Of a DNA stretch of 64,000 nt, positions 10,099 through 22,059 are shown one piece after another. The translations under genes were made by a program, and so were the position numbers. The DNA comes from Narcine bancroftii (Eukaryota), in NCBI RefSeq assembly GCF_036971445.1, contig NC_091474.1, forward strand, positions 170,686,001-170,750,000. The letters run 5' to 3'. Position 1 is the stretch's first letter, and every line of letters begins with the position of its first letter. The notes beneath the pieces were generated by a model. That model saw only the letters and a program-made list of their open reading frames with translations. It made no database searches and was not told where the DNA came from.

Positions 10099-13000
10099 TG
10101 TCACATTTGTGGCCCGAAATGTGAAGTTAATAAAACATTAAACACTAGTTTATTAGGTAAACTTCTGAGTGTCTTTTATTCTCCTGTTTCCTTTGTTCTC
10201 CTGCTTGTGTTCTATCTCTCTCTCTCATACCACGTGACTTCCGGTATATCTCATACATATTCAATATCATGACATCCCTCCTTTAATCAGAAATAAACTT
10301 TACCTTCACTTACCAATATCCCTCGGAAACATACAAACATCGTAACTATTGGTAATACTATAACTCAACTACATAAAGTTTAATTCCTACAGCACTCATA
10401 CATGCACTTTATGATATAAGATTAAAATACTGTCCCAAAGTTCTTATTAAAACTATGGCACAAAGTCTTCGTATTGTTTGGGCACTTTCCGGTTTCGTTT
10501 CGGCCTGCCTGCGATATTGTCGTCGCTTCTCGGTTGTTCACTCTCAGCTTCGGAAATACTGCTTGCCACGGCTTCGAGTGTTTCTGGCGCTCTAGTCACT
10601 TCATCAGGAGTGCTGGTAACTGCCTCTGGAACATCATCAGGTCTCTCAGTTTCAGCATCTCGTATTGGCCTTTCAACCTCTTCGCTCGATGTATCTCTGG
10701 ACTGGTACCTTTTTACATCTGAGACATTTCTCTTATACAGGACTCCAGTCGGAGACTTGACTGTCACCATACTGCCACTTCTGGATACGACAGTATAGGG
10801 TTGATGGTAATAAGGTGTGTCTTGCTTACCACCAGTTTCATGCCTCACTAGAACATTATCTCCTGGCATGATGTCTGAGTACTTGGCTCCACGTTTCGAA
10901 TCTGTGTACAGCTTTGCTGCACCTTTCTTTTCAGCATCGTGGACCCTCATCTCCTGGTCGTCTCGGATTTCCTTTATTTCTGGCATTTTTGTGCGGATTT
11001 TTCTCCCAAAAAATGCTTCTGCAGGACTTTTTCCAGTGGTTGCATGAGGCGTTGCTCGATAGACAGCCACATAAGATAGCAATGTTTCACGCCAATTTTG
11101 TCCTTCTGCGTGTGCAATCCTCAATTGTTTTTCAATGGACTGATTTTGTCTCTCTACTTCTCCGTTGGCTTGAGGACATTTCGGAGTTACTTTATGATGG
11201 TGGATACCTGTGGTCCTCATGTATTCCACAAATGTCTCTGAAATGAATTGTGGACCATTGTCAGAGTATAATGTAACAGGTAATCCATATCTTGCGAATA
11301 TCTCTGCTAACGCTTGTATTGTTTTTTCAGTGATTGTGGACTTCAACACCACGTACTCATAGTATCTGCTGTAGTAATCTATCACTACCATAATTGATTC
11401 ACCCGTCGGTAAAGGTCCAAGAAAATCAACAGCTACGTCGATCCATGGTCCTGTCGGAAGTTGCGTACTCCGGATCGGTTCTGGCGGATTACTCCTACTT
11501 GTGATTTGACATCCATGACAAGTTTTAACAAATTTCTCTGCGTCTTTATCACAACTTGGCCACCATACCTTGGTTCTGAGGTTTTGCTCGGTACCAACAA
11601 TGCCTAGGTGTCCTTCATGCGCTAAGGATACGATGTTCGGTCTCAATCTTTGTGGTATCACCAATCTGCAACCTCTCAATACACACTGTCCGAGGCAACA
11701 AAGTTCGTCTCTAATGGGAATGTAAGCCTTGTGAGTACACTTGTCCCATTGTCCACTCTGTATGCATTATCTTACTTCCATGAGTTCTGGATCATGTTCG
11801 GATTCTCTCTCGACTTCCTTCGTAGTCACAGCTTTCAGTGTCGCCTGAATAGCTACGAAGCGTACAAAGCTCTCTGTTTCTGTTCCCAATTCTGACTTGG
11901 ATTGTGGACCTCCATCCTTCACCAATCTGGACAGCGGATCTGCAATGTTTGCTTTCCCTGCAATGTTGATTACTTTATATTTGTAGGGTTGTAGTCTGAG
12001 TACCCATCTCTCTATTCTGGCACATGGTTTGGATCTAGGTGCATAGATCACCTTTAATGGCTTATGATCTGTGATGAGTTCAAATTCAATGCCGTATAAA
12101 TATGCATGGAACCTCTCACAGGCCCATACAAGTCCGACTGCTTCTTTTTCTGTCTGAGAGTATCTTCTTTCCACATCTGATAACGATCTGCTGGCATAGG
12201 CAATGATTCTTGGTCCTCCATCATGCATCTGGACCAACACGGCTCCTAAACCAACCAGGCTGGCATCCGCTATGACTTTGGTTGATGCCGCCGGATCGTA
12301 ATATCCAAGAGTTTTTGCATCTGTCAGGCTTTGCTTCAGCGCTGTGAATGCTTTCTTCTGCTCAGATCCAAAATGAAATGGTACACTTTTCCTGGTTAGT
12401 TTCCTTAGTGGTTCTGCCACTGTAGCGAAATTAGGAATGAACTTTGCACAAAAATTGACCAATCCTAGGAAACTCCTCATCTCTGTTGCGTTCTGAGGTG
12501 CACGTGCCTCTGCAATAGCTTTCACCTTGGCCTCTGCAGGGTTTAGTCCTTTCCTTGTAAGTCTGTGTCCCATGAAGTCCATTTCTGACACACCGAACTG
12601 GCACTTGTTTCCATTCACGGTAAGACCTGCTTCCTGTAGTCTAGATAGTACACGCCTCAACCGTTTGTCATGCTCTTCCTTCGTTGGTGCATGGACTATG
12701 ATGTCATCAGAAATGTTGGCAACTCCAGGAATGCCTTGAATCACTCGATGGATTTCATACTGGTAGATCTCTGAAGCTGCATTAATTCCAAATGATAGTC
12801 TCTTGTAACGATACAATCCACAGTGAGTCACAAATGTTGTCACATCTCGGGAACCCGGATCCAGCTCTAATTGATGATAGCCCCATTTCAGATCAATTTT
12901 TGAGAATACCTTGCTGGTAGTTAGTTCTTGAAGTATTTCTTCCACTGTTGGTATAGGGTGTCATTCTCTAATTATAGCTTCATTGGCCATTCTCATGTCA

Positions 13001-14853
13001 ACACATAGTCTTATGTCACCCTTTGGTTTGGGCACAATCACTACTGGGCTGACCCATTGTGTCGAATGTTCCACCGGTTCAATAATGTCTTGTTCGATCA
13101 ATTCTTTAATTTTGGCTTCGACTTTCCCACGAAGTCCAAACGGAGTTCGGCGCATTGGTTGTGCCTTGGGTTTGACCGTTTCATCTACTGCTAGCTTCAA
13201 TTGTCGACCTTTCAGCTTTCCTACTCCTTGGAAGACTGCGGGGAATTCTTGCTTCATATCCTCGTATGACTGAATTGAATTGGCACAAGGTCCAATATGA
13301 AGTATTGCCAGGTCTTGCGCTGTGCTTCTACTCAGCAATGGTTCTCCCCTCTCTTCTATGACCATAAACTCTGCTTTGGTGTACTTATCTCCAGCTTCAA
13401 CAGTTGCAGTAAAACATCCAATGGTCTGCAATGGCTTGGTTGCTGTGTTTGGATACAGTTTCTTGGAACACTTCTTTGAGGTTCAGATGATCTTTTTCCT
13501 TTCCAACTTCTCCCATAAATGTCGATCAATCACATTACTGTCACTGCCTGAGTCTACAATGACCTGAACTGTCACTCCACCAATGATCACTAGGACCTTC
13601 TCATGACGTACTTCATTCAACATAAATTGGTAACAACTCTGTTCCTCCTGGGTATCATCATCGTCACCGTCTATCTGGCGAATGGTATCTTTCTTTCCAG
13701 GATACTTTCCTTTCCCCCAGGCTTTGCCTTTGGAAGTTGTACTCTTCCTCTTCTGGTCTGCATTGGACTTGCTTTTGCACTTCTTTGCAAAGTGGTCCTT
13801 ACCTCCACACTTTCTGCAAACTTTGCCTTTGGCCGGGCAATATGGGTCTTTTCCAAAGTGACCTCGGTTTCCACATCGATAACACTCCACATCCTGTGTC
13901 GACGTATATCTTGGCTGGTTATGGCGATGTGAGAGCCTCTTAATTTGCTGGCTTGAGTTGTCTTTCAGGGTCATGGTATGAAATTGCCCTTCAACAGCCT
14001 CTAATGCAGCAGCAATGGTTAAAGCATCGGTGAGTTCCAACTCACTCCCTCTTTCCAGTAGACGTCTTCTGAGTTTATCTGATCTGCAGTGCTGTACGAC
14101 TTGATCCAATAATTGGTTGTCCAAATCAGCTGGCATGTAATTGCATCCAACAGCTAGCTGACGTAGTCTCGTCACGTACTGAGCAATTGTCTGGCCATCT
14201 TCTTGTCTCGTTCTCCGAAACAAATGGCGTTGAAATGTAGCATTCGGTGTCACTACATAGTGTGCATTTAATGCATCTACCCCTTTCTGGTACTCATCCT
14301 TTCTTCCAGTATTCAAAAGTGTCTTAAATGTTTCCCGAACTGCAGGTCCAGCAGTGAAAAGAAGTAACGCCCTTCTCTGCGCTTTTTGTTCAACTGTACC
14401 GGTATCTAGAAATAGGCCACGACTGTTGGCGTAGGATTCAAATTCTTCCAGCCATGCCTTCCACTTCACACTTACAGTGCTTGCAACACCAGTCGGGTCA
14501 AAATGAGCAATTCCACTATGTGTTAGAAAGTCACTGTCTGCACCCGCCATGAGGAAATATTCCAGCCCCAAAAGTACTGAGACAAAGAGAAAATTCTTAT
14601 CACCTTGAAGTTGTCTGTAATCCTCTAATCTTGTTTAGTCTTTAATTTTCTTCAAGCTTCTTTCATGCTCGTTGCCAATGTCACATTTGTGGCCCGAAAT
14701 GTGAAGTTAATAAAACATTAAACACTAGTTTATTAGGTAAACTTCTGAGTGTCTTTTATTCTCCTGTTTCCTTTGTTCTCCTGCTTGTGTTCTTATCTCT
14801 CTCTCATACCACGTGACTTCCGGTATATCTCATACATATTCATTATCATGACA
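10099..14853 (-). mobile_element. Full-length young Ty3/Gypsy LTR retrotransposon
   Basis: LTRs 10099-10274 and 14679-14853 (TGTCA...TGACA, only 2-3 differences); 5-bp TSD AGGAC at 10094-10098 and 14854-14858. PBS TGGCAACGAGCATG lies next to the 5' LTR (near-complement of the tRNA-Ser(GCU) 3' end); PPT AAAGGAGGGA at 10275-10284. Confidence 0.97.
10453..14550 (-). pseudogene. Gypsy gag-pol (two CCHC knuckles, DSG protease, RT with ISDD, RNase H, integrase): single frame, three premature stops
   Basis: ORFs 13483-14571, 12961-13431, 11767-12945 and 10453-11679 are all in one frame, with stops at 13483, 12961 and 11767. Motifs: CYRCGNRGH..C, IVDSGSD, NISDDII, DASLVGLGAVL, HEGHLG..CHGC, SDNGPQF, ANGEVER. 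Confidence 0.95.
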
Positions 14854-14858
14854 AGGAC

Positions 14859-15105
14859 GAAGGCGAGAAAGGAATTCAGCAGGGTGGGGCGCGAGCGGAC
14901 TGGAGAGGGTGAAGGCCCCGCCGACTTGAAAGGAAGGTGCCGGGCAGGTGGGCAAGGTGATCTTAATGAAAGGCTGAGTGCCCCGGCGGCGCATGTGGGT
15001 TGATTGGCCAGTGGACAACATGGAGTGGCCCACGGAACTGAAAGGAAGGGGACATCCTGGAATGCAAGAGTATCTGAAAGGTGAAAGCAACACTGGCGAG
15101 CAGAG
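14859..15105 (+). repeat. Right part of the CpG-rich repeat/spacer array
   Basis: Cores at 14859, 14895, 14920, 14960, 15032 and 15068. GATTGGCCAGTGGACAACATG (15002) matches GATCGGCCAGTGGACCACAAG (9837). Confidence 0.7.
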
Positions 15106-15315
15106 GAAAGTTTAGGGGAGATGCTAGAGAGTTTTTTTTAAAACTCAAAGTGATGCATGCCTGGAATACAGGGTGGTGCTGGAAGCTGGTACGAAAGGGT
15201 CATTCAAAAGTCTCTTAGATAAGCATATGGATGCAAGAAAGATAGAGGTTATGGGTGTGAGTAGGTTTACATAGTCGACACAACACTATGGACTGAAGGG
15301 CTTGTACTGGATTGT
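15106..15315 (+). mobile_element. CR1 3' end fragment
   Basis: AAGTTTAGGGGAGAT..TGCCTGGAAT..CTCTTAGATAAGCATATGGAT..GGACTGAAGGGCTTGTACTG, typical of CR1 3' ends. Confidence 0.7.
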
Positions 15316-15324
15316 TCCACTTTC

Positions 15325-15560
15325 TTGGAGACAGAGTTCATTTCCTGAAGGACACAAGTGAATTTGATGGGGTTTTACAACAATCCTATAGTTGTTATGG
15401 TGATTACTAATAATACTGGTCGTTGTTGGAAATTACAGCTCATTAAATGAATGCAATACTTGCCACTTCAACTCCATGGAAAACGTATGCACTGTCCATT
15501 CACGCACTTGGAATCAATTGGGAATTCTGAGGCCAACACATTACAATAAGCAGGACGATT
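15325..15560 (-). mobile_element. Ancient Deu-domain SINE (SacSINE1/AmnSINE-like) remnant
   Basis: TTTCCTGAAGGACACAAGTGAA..GATGGGGTTTTACAACAATC resembles the Deu domain (recalled, not aligned). Confidence 0.45.
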
Positions 15561-15902
15561 GTTTTCTAAAATTAAGGCTGCCGAGCTTCTTGAAGGCCAA
15601 GAGAGATCAGTGGATTGAAGAGATTTCTTCATTGTTTCTTAATTTTTCTTCATGTCTCATCTCCTTCATTCAGGTGGCCATTAGATGAAGGTATTAAAAA
15701 TGCGGCTCCCATTCTGCTAATCCAGGCAGTTGCCATTTTAATTCACTTCAAAAACTTTACCAAGACTGTGCAGAAAATATTTACAATTTTATTAGCCCTG
15801 AGACCAAAAGCAAATAATTCTCCTTTGATTAAACTGTTGGTTTAATTGAATTGAGGTTTAAAATGTTATTTCCATCATTTGCTGTTGAAATAATATCAAG
15901 GT

Positions 15903-16118
15903 TGGGGTGGCCAAACCTGATTAATGTAAGAGCCACATATGACAAATTTCAGATGGTTGAGAGCTGCAAATATCACGTGATTGCAAGCCATACCCGCTAA
16001 AACTACTATTGTGAGCACCATCTGAGGATTCCTGCCTCAGCCAACATATTTCCGTGAGCCACACATTATGTGTTAAAGAGCCATATGTGGCTCGCGAGCT
16101 GCAGTTTGGCTACCCCAG
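15903..16118. mobile_element. hAT MITE (same family as 27676-27864, opposite orientation)
   Basis: GGGGTGGCCAAAC...GTTTGGCTACCCC termini; GAGCC/GGCTC subterminal motifs. Confidence 0.75.
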
Positions 16119-16129
16119 TCTATGACATT

Positions 16130-16812
16130 GACAATGAGGTTTAAATCGGGTTTAGTGGGTTCACAGAGAAGTGAGACCAAGCACAGGCTAACAAGGCTAA
16201 CAAACAAAGGATGATTTTTATTGTATACATGGGGAAATCGTAACAGGGAAGACACAAACGAACACTTGATACTAAAACAATATAGGCATTCACATTGGAT
16301 ACAGCAATCTCCAATACGAGTGACTGCCTACTCTGTCTCTCTTTATTACACATGTGCAGTAACTAGCAAACTCTTACAAGGCAGGGACTTCAACACACAC
16401 TCCTGATTCCTTGTACGAATAGGGGGGTGCAGTTAAATGCTATGTATTCCCATGCAAAACTGCAGTCCCGCTTTAAGTGCATGCCTTACCAACGATTCCT
16501 TCAGCGATGTCCACAGTTTGTGACCTGGCATAGAGCAGCATTTGTAATCAGTACCAAGGAGCAAAGAGAATGATCTGCAGCACATGGTAGGCTTTTAAAG
16601 TGAAGTGAGCTGGGGAGTCTGGCCTAGGTAATCACTACGTGATTTAAAGGGGCCATTGGGCAGGTGTGCACTAATGGGTGAGCAGAGCCCAGGGCAGGTG
16701 ATGTGACCTCTGACTAGGTTCCAGATGGAGAGGTCATATGACCCTCCACAATCCACTTTCCCACTAAGTTCCAGATGGAGAGGCCACATAACCCTCCACA
16801 ATCCACACTACA
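16130..16812 (-). mobile_element. Probable solo LTR with an internal ~40-bp direct repeat
   Basis: Starts TGTAGTG on the minus strand; AATAAA (minus) at ~16217; GTTCCAGATGGAGAGG..ACCCTCCACAATCCAC occurs twice (16718, 16768). No clear TSD. Confidence 0.45.
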
Positions 16813-17589
16813 ATGCTAAAGCAACATTTTCCTGAGGATGGATCTCGGTCAAAAGTGCTGTCCAGAATACTCCGTTCTGCAAAGGGGAGGCATACTGCTA
16901 ACTGTCTCACAGTTAATATCCACTGAACAGTGGATCATCTTGCTCATTTCAATCCAAGTACTTTTCAAATTATGTAATTAATATTAATTGCTGCCATGAA
17001 ATCCTCTTGCAATTCAAGCACCAACAGTAAATTCCTCTGTGATATCCAAATTCAGGGCACAAGTTTGGAATGTTATTCATAGACAGCACCTGGAGTTTGG
17101 TGAATTTGCTGTGCCCCATTTGTTTGGTAAATAGGCACATGTTCTAGATCTTAGAAGAATACAGTTCATCAGGGATCAATGTTCACACTGCAGGCATAAA
17201 TGAGGTAACTTGGTGGTTAGAGCTTCAATCAAATTTATTTGAAGGATGGTGATGCTGTAGCTCAAGTCTCAGATTGAAAAGCTGAACATTGCTGGGCTTT
17301 GACAGTATTCTCCTTGATCAATATTTTGCTCAGTGCAAAAAATATATTCTTTTGAACGAGAAGAGCAAACTGAACAATGAGACTATGGATAAACAGAGAC
17401 ATAAATGAACAATGAAGGGGAAGGAAAGAAGGGTATCTTAACTGCATTGAGAGTAGAGTACATTGTTCTCAAGTCATAGAACATGGAAACAGGCCGTTGG
17501 GCTACCACATCCATACAATTACATTATCCAGTACCTGCCTGAATCAAATGAAGTACTCATCCAGGAACTTCTTAAATGGTGTCTCTATA

Positions 17590-18180
17590 AAATTCTGGAG
17601 TTACCGCTGACCAGAAGCTCAACTGTATAAGCCAAATAATACCTGTGGCTATAAGACCAGGTTAAATATTATGAACCTTTGGTTAGTAACTCATCTTCTG
17701 ATACCCCAAAGTCTCTTCATTATCTACAAGGCATGAGTTCAAGCATGTGAAGAAATACATTCCACTTACCTGGATCAGCATCGCTCCAACAAGAGACAAG
17801 TTGTTGAACATCATTCAGGGTGCTTGATTGGAACTGTATTCTACCTTAAACATATATTCCCTTCACTATTTGTGTAAAGTGACTGCCATGTGTACCAACT
17901 ACAAAATACAGTTGCTTGCATAGGCTGCCCTGACAAAACTTCCAAAAACTGTAACCCCTAGCAATAAAGAACTCGGAGCAAGTGCACGAGAACATCAAAT
18001 GCAGTTCTCCTTCAAGAGACACAATATCCTGATTTGGAAATATAATGCTGGCACTTCATCATTAATGGGTCTAAATCCGAGAACTCCCTTACCAAGTGCA
18101 TTGAGAAAGTACCTTCCCCTGAAAGATAGCAGTGGTTCAAGAATGTGGCTTATTACTACCTTCAATAAAAGATAGTCAAT
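17590..18180 (+). mobile_element. Old CR1/L2-group LINE 3' portion
   Basis: Degenerate RT C-terminal sequence (CTGGAGTTACC..GACCAGAAGCTCAACTG..ATCTACAAGGC..TCCGAGAACTCCCT). Confidence 0.55.
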
Positions 18181-18189
18181 AAGACAGTT

Positions 18190-18410
18190 GGATGACATGG
18201 CACGTTTAGCGCAACGGGATTACAACACTGACGACCTGGGTCCAAATCCATCGCTGTTTGTAAGGAATTAGTATGTTCTCCCCATGTCAGTGTGGGTTTT
18301 TCCTGGATGCTTCAGTTTCCTCTCATCTTCCAAAAAGGGCAGGTTGTAGGTTAAATTGGGTGGCACGGTTTTAAATGGCTGGAATCGCCTTCCACCATAC
18401 AGTAAAAAAA
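18190..18410 (+). mobile_element. V-SINE/HE1-like SINE
   Basis: tRNA-like head (B-box-like GGGTCCAAATCC) followed by the core TGTAAGGA..GTATGTTCTCCCC..GGGTTTT.CC..AGTTTCCTC. Confidence 0.7.
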
Positions 18411-18654
18411 AATCAGTATAGAATTCAGAATCAACTTCTTTATGCATATAATTAGTAGGGTATGGAATTTGATATGATAATGATAATGAGTTTATACACG
18501 TATAGACGCAAGTACTATGTATATATGTACCAAAAATTCTTATTTGCTGCCACCAAATATATACCTTGTTTAATAAAAACAACTTGAATACAAAATAGAA
18601 TAGTGTGGTGCCAACCTAATGACCTACTCTAACAACTTCCTCAAATTTCCTGAT

Positions 18655-18835
18655 GATAAACACACAAATTCTGGAGAAATTCAACAGATCAAACAGTGCT
18701 TTTATGTAGCAAAGGTAAAGATACATCACCAATGTTTCGGGCTTGAGCCCTGCATGGCCTGCTGAGTTTCTCCAGCTGTCTGTCTTTTTACTTAACCACT
18801 TTATCAACAGAATCCTGTGTTTTACCTCTTCAAAT
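18655..18835. mobile_element. Penelope-derived short non-autonomous (pLTR) fragment
   Basis: CTGGAGAAATTCAACAG..GTTTCGGGCTTGAGCCCT followed by inverted CTGCTGAGTTTCTCCAGC; related to 6470-6530, 25060-25160 and 38085-38230. Confidence 0.6.
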
Positions 18836-19627
18836 TTCCGTGCATTATCCTCCATTTTTTTCTGTTTAATTTACCTTTCTAATACTCTCATAGAAAGTCA
18901 TGCCTTCACTACTGTTGCCAGCAGCAAATTCCATGCACTCACCACTCTCAGTGTGAAAAATGTACCTCGTACTTCTTACACTCCCCCCCCCCCCTCCCTG
19001 TTCTTACTCCCAAGCAGCTTAAAGCTATGTCCCTCATGTTAGCCATTTCAGCCCTAGGAAAATGCCTCTGGCTATCCACAGTCAATGCCTCTCATCATCT
19101 ACCAGGTCACCCCTCATTCTCCATTGCTCCAAGGAGAAAAGACTAAGTTCACTCAACCTATCTTTGTAAGGCATGCTCTCCAGGCAGCATCCTTGTAAAT
19201 CACCTCTGTACTCTCTCTATAGTATCCACATCGCTTCCTGTAATATGGTGACCAGAATCGAACACATTATTCCAAGTGGGATGAAACTAAGGTCTTATAT
19301 AGATGCAACATTTCCTCACAGCTCTTGAACTCGATTCCATAGTTAATGAAGGCTAATATGTCTTCTTAGTAACATTATCAACCTGTTCAGCAGCTTTGAA
19401 TGTCCTGTGTGGTCATGGATCCTAAAATATCCCAGTCCTTGGACAATACTCAGTCCTCTCATTAATATTGTATTCTGCCTTCAAAATTTCACCAACCAAA
19501 ATGAACCACTTCACCCTTTTCTGAGTTAAAATTCATCTCCCACTGCTTAGCCCAGTTCTGCATCTTATTAATGTCCATTTGTAATCTTTGGCTGCCCTCC
19601 AGACTATCTGGAGGGCATCTACAACCA

Positions 19628-19977
19628 TAGACAGGGTGAAGTCGGATTACTTGTTCCCAGTGATGGGGGAGACGAGGACTAGAGGGCATAGTTTAAGAAT
19701 ACAGGGTAGGCCCTTTAGGACGGAGATGAGAAAACATTTTTTTACCCAGAGAAGTGTGAATCTGGGGAATGCTCTGCCACAGAGGGTGGTAGAGGCAGAT
19801 TCGCTGATTATGTTCAAAAGAGAGTTAGATAAGACTCTAGTGGGCAAAGGAGTTAAGGGTTATGGGGATAAGGCTGGAAAGGGGTACTGATGGTAGTGAT
19901 CAGCCATGATCTGTAAAATGGCGGTGCTGGCTCGACGGGCCGAAGGGCCTACTCCAGCTCCTATTGTCTATTGTCTA
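19628..19977 (+). mobile_element. Young CR1 3' end with (CTATTGT)n tail, antisense inside an older CR1
   Basis: TRTRGHSLRIQGRPFRTEMRKHFFTQR; tail CTATTGTCTATTGTCTA; near-identical to 36859-37210 (reverse). Confidence 0.9.
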
Positions 19978-21344
19978 CTCTTTGCTTTCTGTGGGCAAGC
20001 CAATTCTGTATCCACAAAGCAAGGCCTCTTCTTTCCATGCTTCCTTATTTTCTGAATGAGTCTTGCATGGGGAACCTAATGAAATGCCTGACTGAAATGC
20101 ATTAGCACTACATCGCCACTCTACCTTAATTAATGTTCTTAGTTACATCTTCAAATAATTCAATCAGATTCGTGAGACATGACCTTCCCCTGATAAAGCA
20201 ATGCTGACACTCCCTTATCAGATTATGTCTCTTTAAATGCTTGTATGTTTTTTCTCTTAGGATCTTCCTCATCAACTTACCAACCATTGAAGTAAAACTC
20301 ACTGGTCTATATTTTCCTGGGTTATCCCTACTACCTTTCTTGAATGTGGAAACAACATATCCTCCGTCCACTGCTAACTCTCCATTTCCTTGTGACTATG
20401 CAAAGATTATTGCCAGTGGCCCAGCAATCTCCTTCCTTCCTTCCCACAGTATCCTTGAATAAATTTCATCAGGTCTTGGCCACTTATCTAACTTCATGCT
20501 TTTCAAAAATTCCAGCGCATTCTATTTCTTAAGGTCAACACGCTTAAGCGTTTCAGTCCACTTTAAATCATCCTCACAATTGCCAAGATCCTTTACTCTG
20601 GTGAATAGTGAAACAAATTATTTATAAAGGACCTCCACTACCTTCTGTGACTCCATGCACTTGTTTTCACTAACACCCCTGTAGATTGCCATGGGATTTT
20701 CCTTAATTTTACTCACCAAAGCCTTCTCATACCCCATTCCAGCTTTCTTCAGCACTTTCCTGACAATCTTCTAAAACCTCTCGTAAACTTTTCTTCTTAA
20801 CTAGGTTTTCTACATCCCTTGTACATCCTTGTTCTTTCATCTTACCATCCTTTCCCTGCCTCAATAGAATATACTTGTGCCCAGCACCATGCATATGTTC
20901 CCTGAACATATGCCACATTTCTGCCATACATTTCCTGAGTACATATCCCAATTTATGCTCCCAAGCTCCTGCCTAATAACATAATATTTTCTCCTACACC
21001 AATTAAATGTTTTCCCAAATTGTCTCTTCCTGTACTTTTCCAGCACAGGGGTAAAGGAGAGGGAGTTGTGATCACTTTCTCCGAAATGTTCACCCACTGA
21101 GAGATCTGACACCAAACCTGGTTCATTTCCCAATCCCAGGTCGTGTCGCCTTTTCTCTAATTGGCCAATCTTTAATGTTTTTTCCTTCTCTGTTTTGCAG
21201 TTAGTTATTTTCATTTCTTGATCTGTTCACGTGTACAGTTTATCGCGCTATCAATAAGTGGTAATTCTGCCTCACTCACAGGGTTGTATGTGATGTCATG
21301 TATGCTCTTTGACAATAAATCTGAAATGTAATATTTAAATTAAA

Positions 21345-21600
21345 TTTTAAACTTTTTAAATTTAGACATACAGAATGATAATAGGCCATTTCAGCTCACA
21401 ACTCCATATCACCCAATTATATCCAATTAACCTACAACCCCCAGTATGTTTCAAACAGTGGGAGGAAACTGAATCCCTCAGAAGAAAACCAAGCAGACTC
21501 AGGGAGAACGTACCAACTCCTTACAGATGGAGAGGGAACCCTGGTCCCAATCACTGGCAATGTAAAGGCAATGCACTAACCACTATGCCAATCACGGTGT
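21345..21600 (-). mobile_element. V-SINE/HE1-like SINE
   Basis: Same core as 5463-5685. Confidence 0.7.
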
Positions 21601-22059
21601 CCCAAATTATGTCAGGAAACCTTCCTGAACATAGGATGCCATAGGTGCTCTGTGGTTATTCAGGGATTAAGGTGGTATATGAGTATAAAGAAAAAAAAGT
21701 TGAGAACCACTAATCTAAACCCTTCACTCTAAGATGGTGCCAATCAATATTAGGAAAGTTAAAATCATCCTTCACAAGAACTTTATAATTTTTGCACCTT
21801 TTTCAAATTTCTCCCCCCCCCCCCCCCCCCACCTTGAGGTCTCTGTTACTATTGGGGGAGGGTTATAATATACACTCAGTAGGGTTATTGCCTCCTTGCT
21901 GTTCCTGACTTCCACTCACTGACTCAATAGACAGCCCCTCCACTACTTCTGCTGATGTGATAGTATCCCTGATCAGTAGTGCCATTCCCCCACTTCTTTT
22001 ACCTCCCATCTTATCCTTATTGAAACATTTAATAGTATACATTAAATTGCCCCAGTACA

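Larger units (their letters stand above)
18850..22050 (-). mobile_element. Degraded CR1 LINE ORF2 with nested young CR1, Rex1 tail, SINE and MITE half
   Basis: FKKGSRDNPGKYRPVSFTS..GRSCLTNLIELFEDV (20126-20371); VGEHFGESDHNSL; LQMDINKMQNWAKQWEMNFN. Confidence 0.85.

Noticed and set aside
9120-10104. ORFs across the GC-rich array (e.g. ADLKG repeats) as a coding gene
   Set aside because: The cores fall in different frames (41- and 43-bp spacings), there is no recognisable domain or splice structure, and long ORFs are expected in GC-rich DNA.
9249-15105. True CRISPR array
   Set aside because: Vertebrate context, short (14 bp) degenerate repeats with irregular spacing, and no cas genes or leader. 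Kept only as an architectural analogy.
9151-21711. Two MITE halves (9151-9248, 21633-21711) as ends of one 12.5-kb transposon
   Set aside because: They are inverted, but there is no matching 8-bp TSD and the family is abundant, so independent fragments are more likely.
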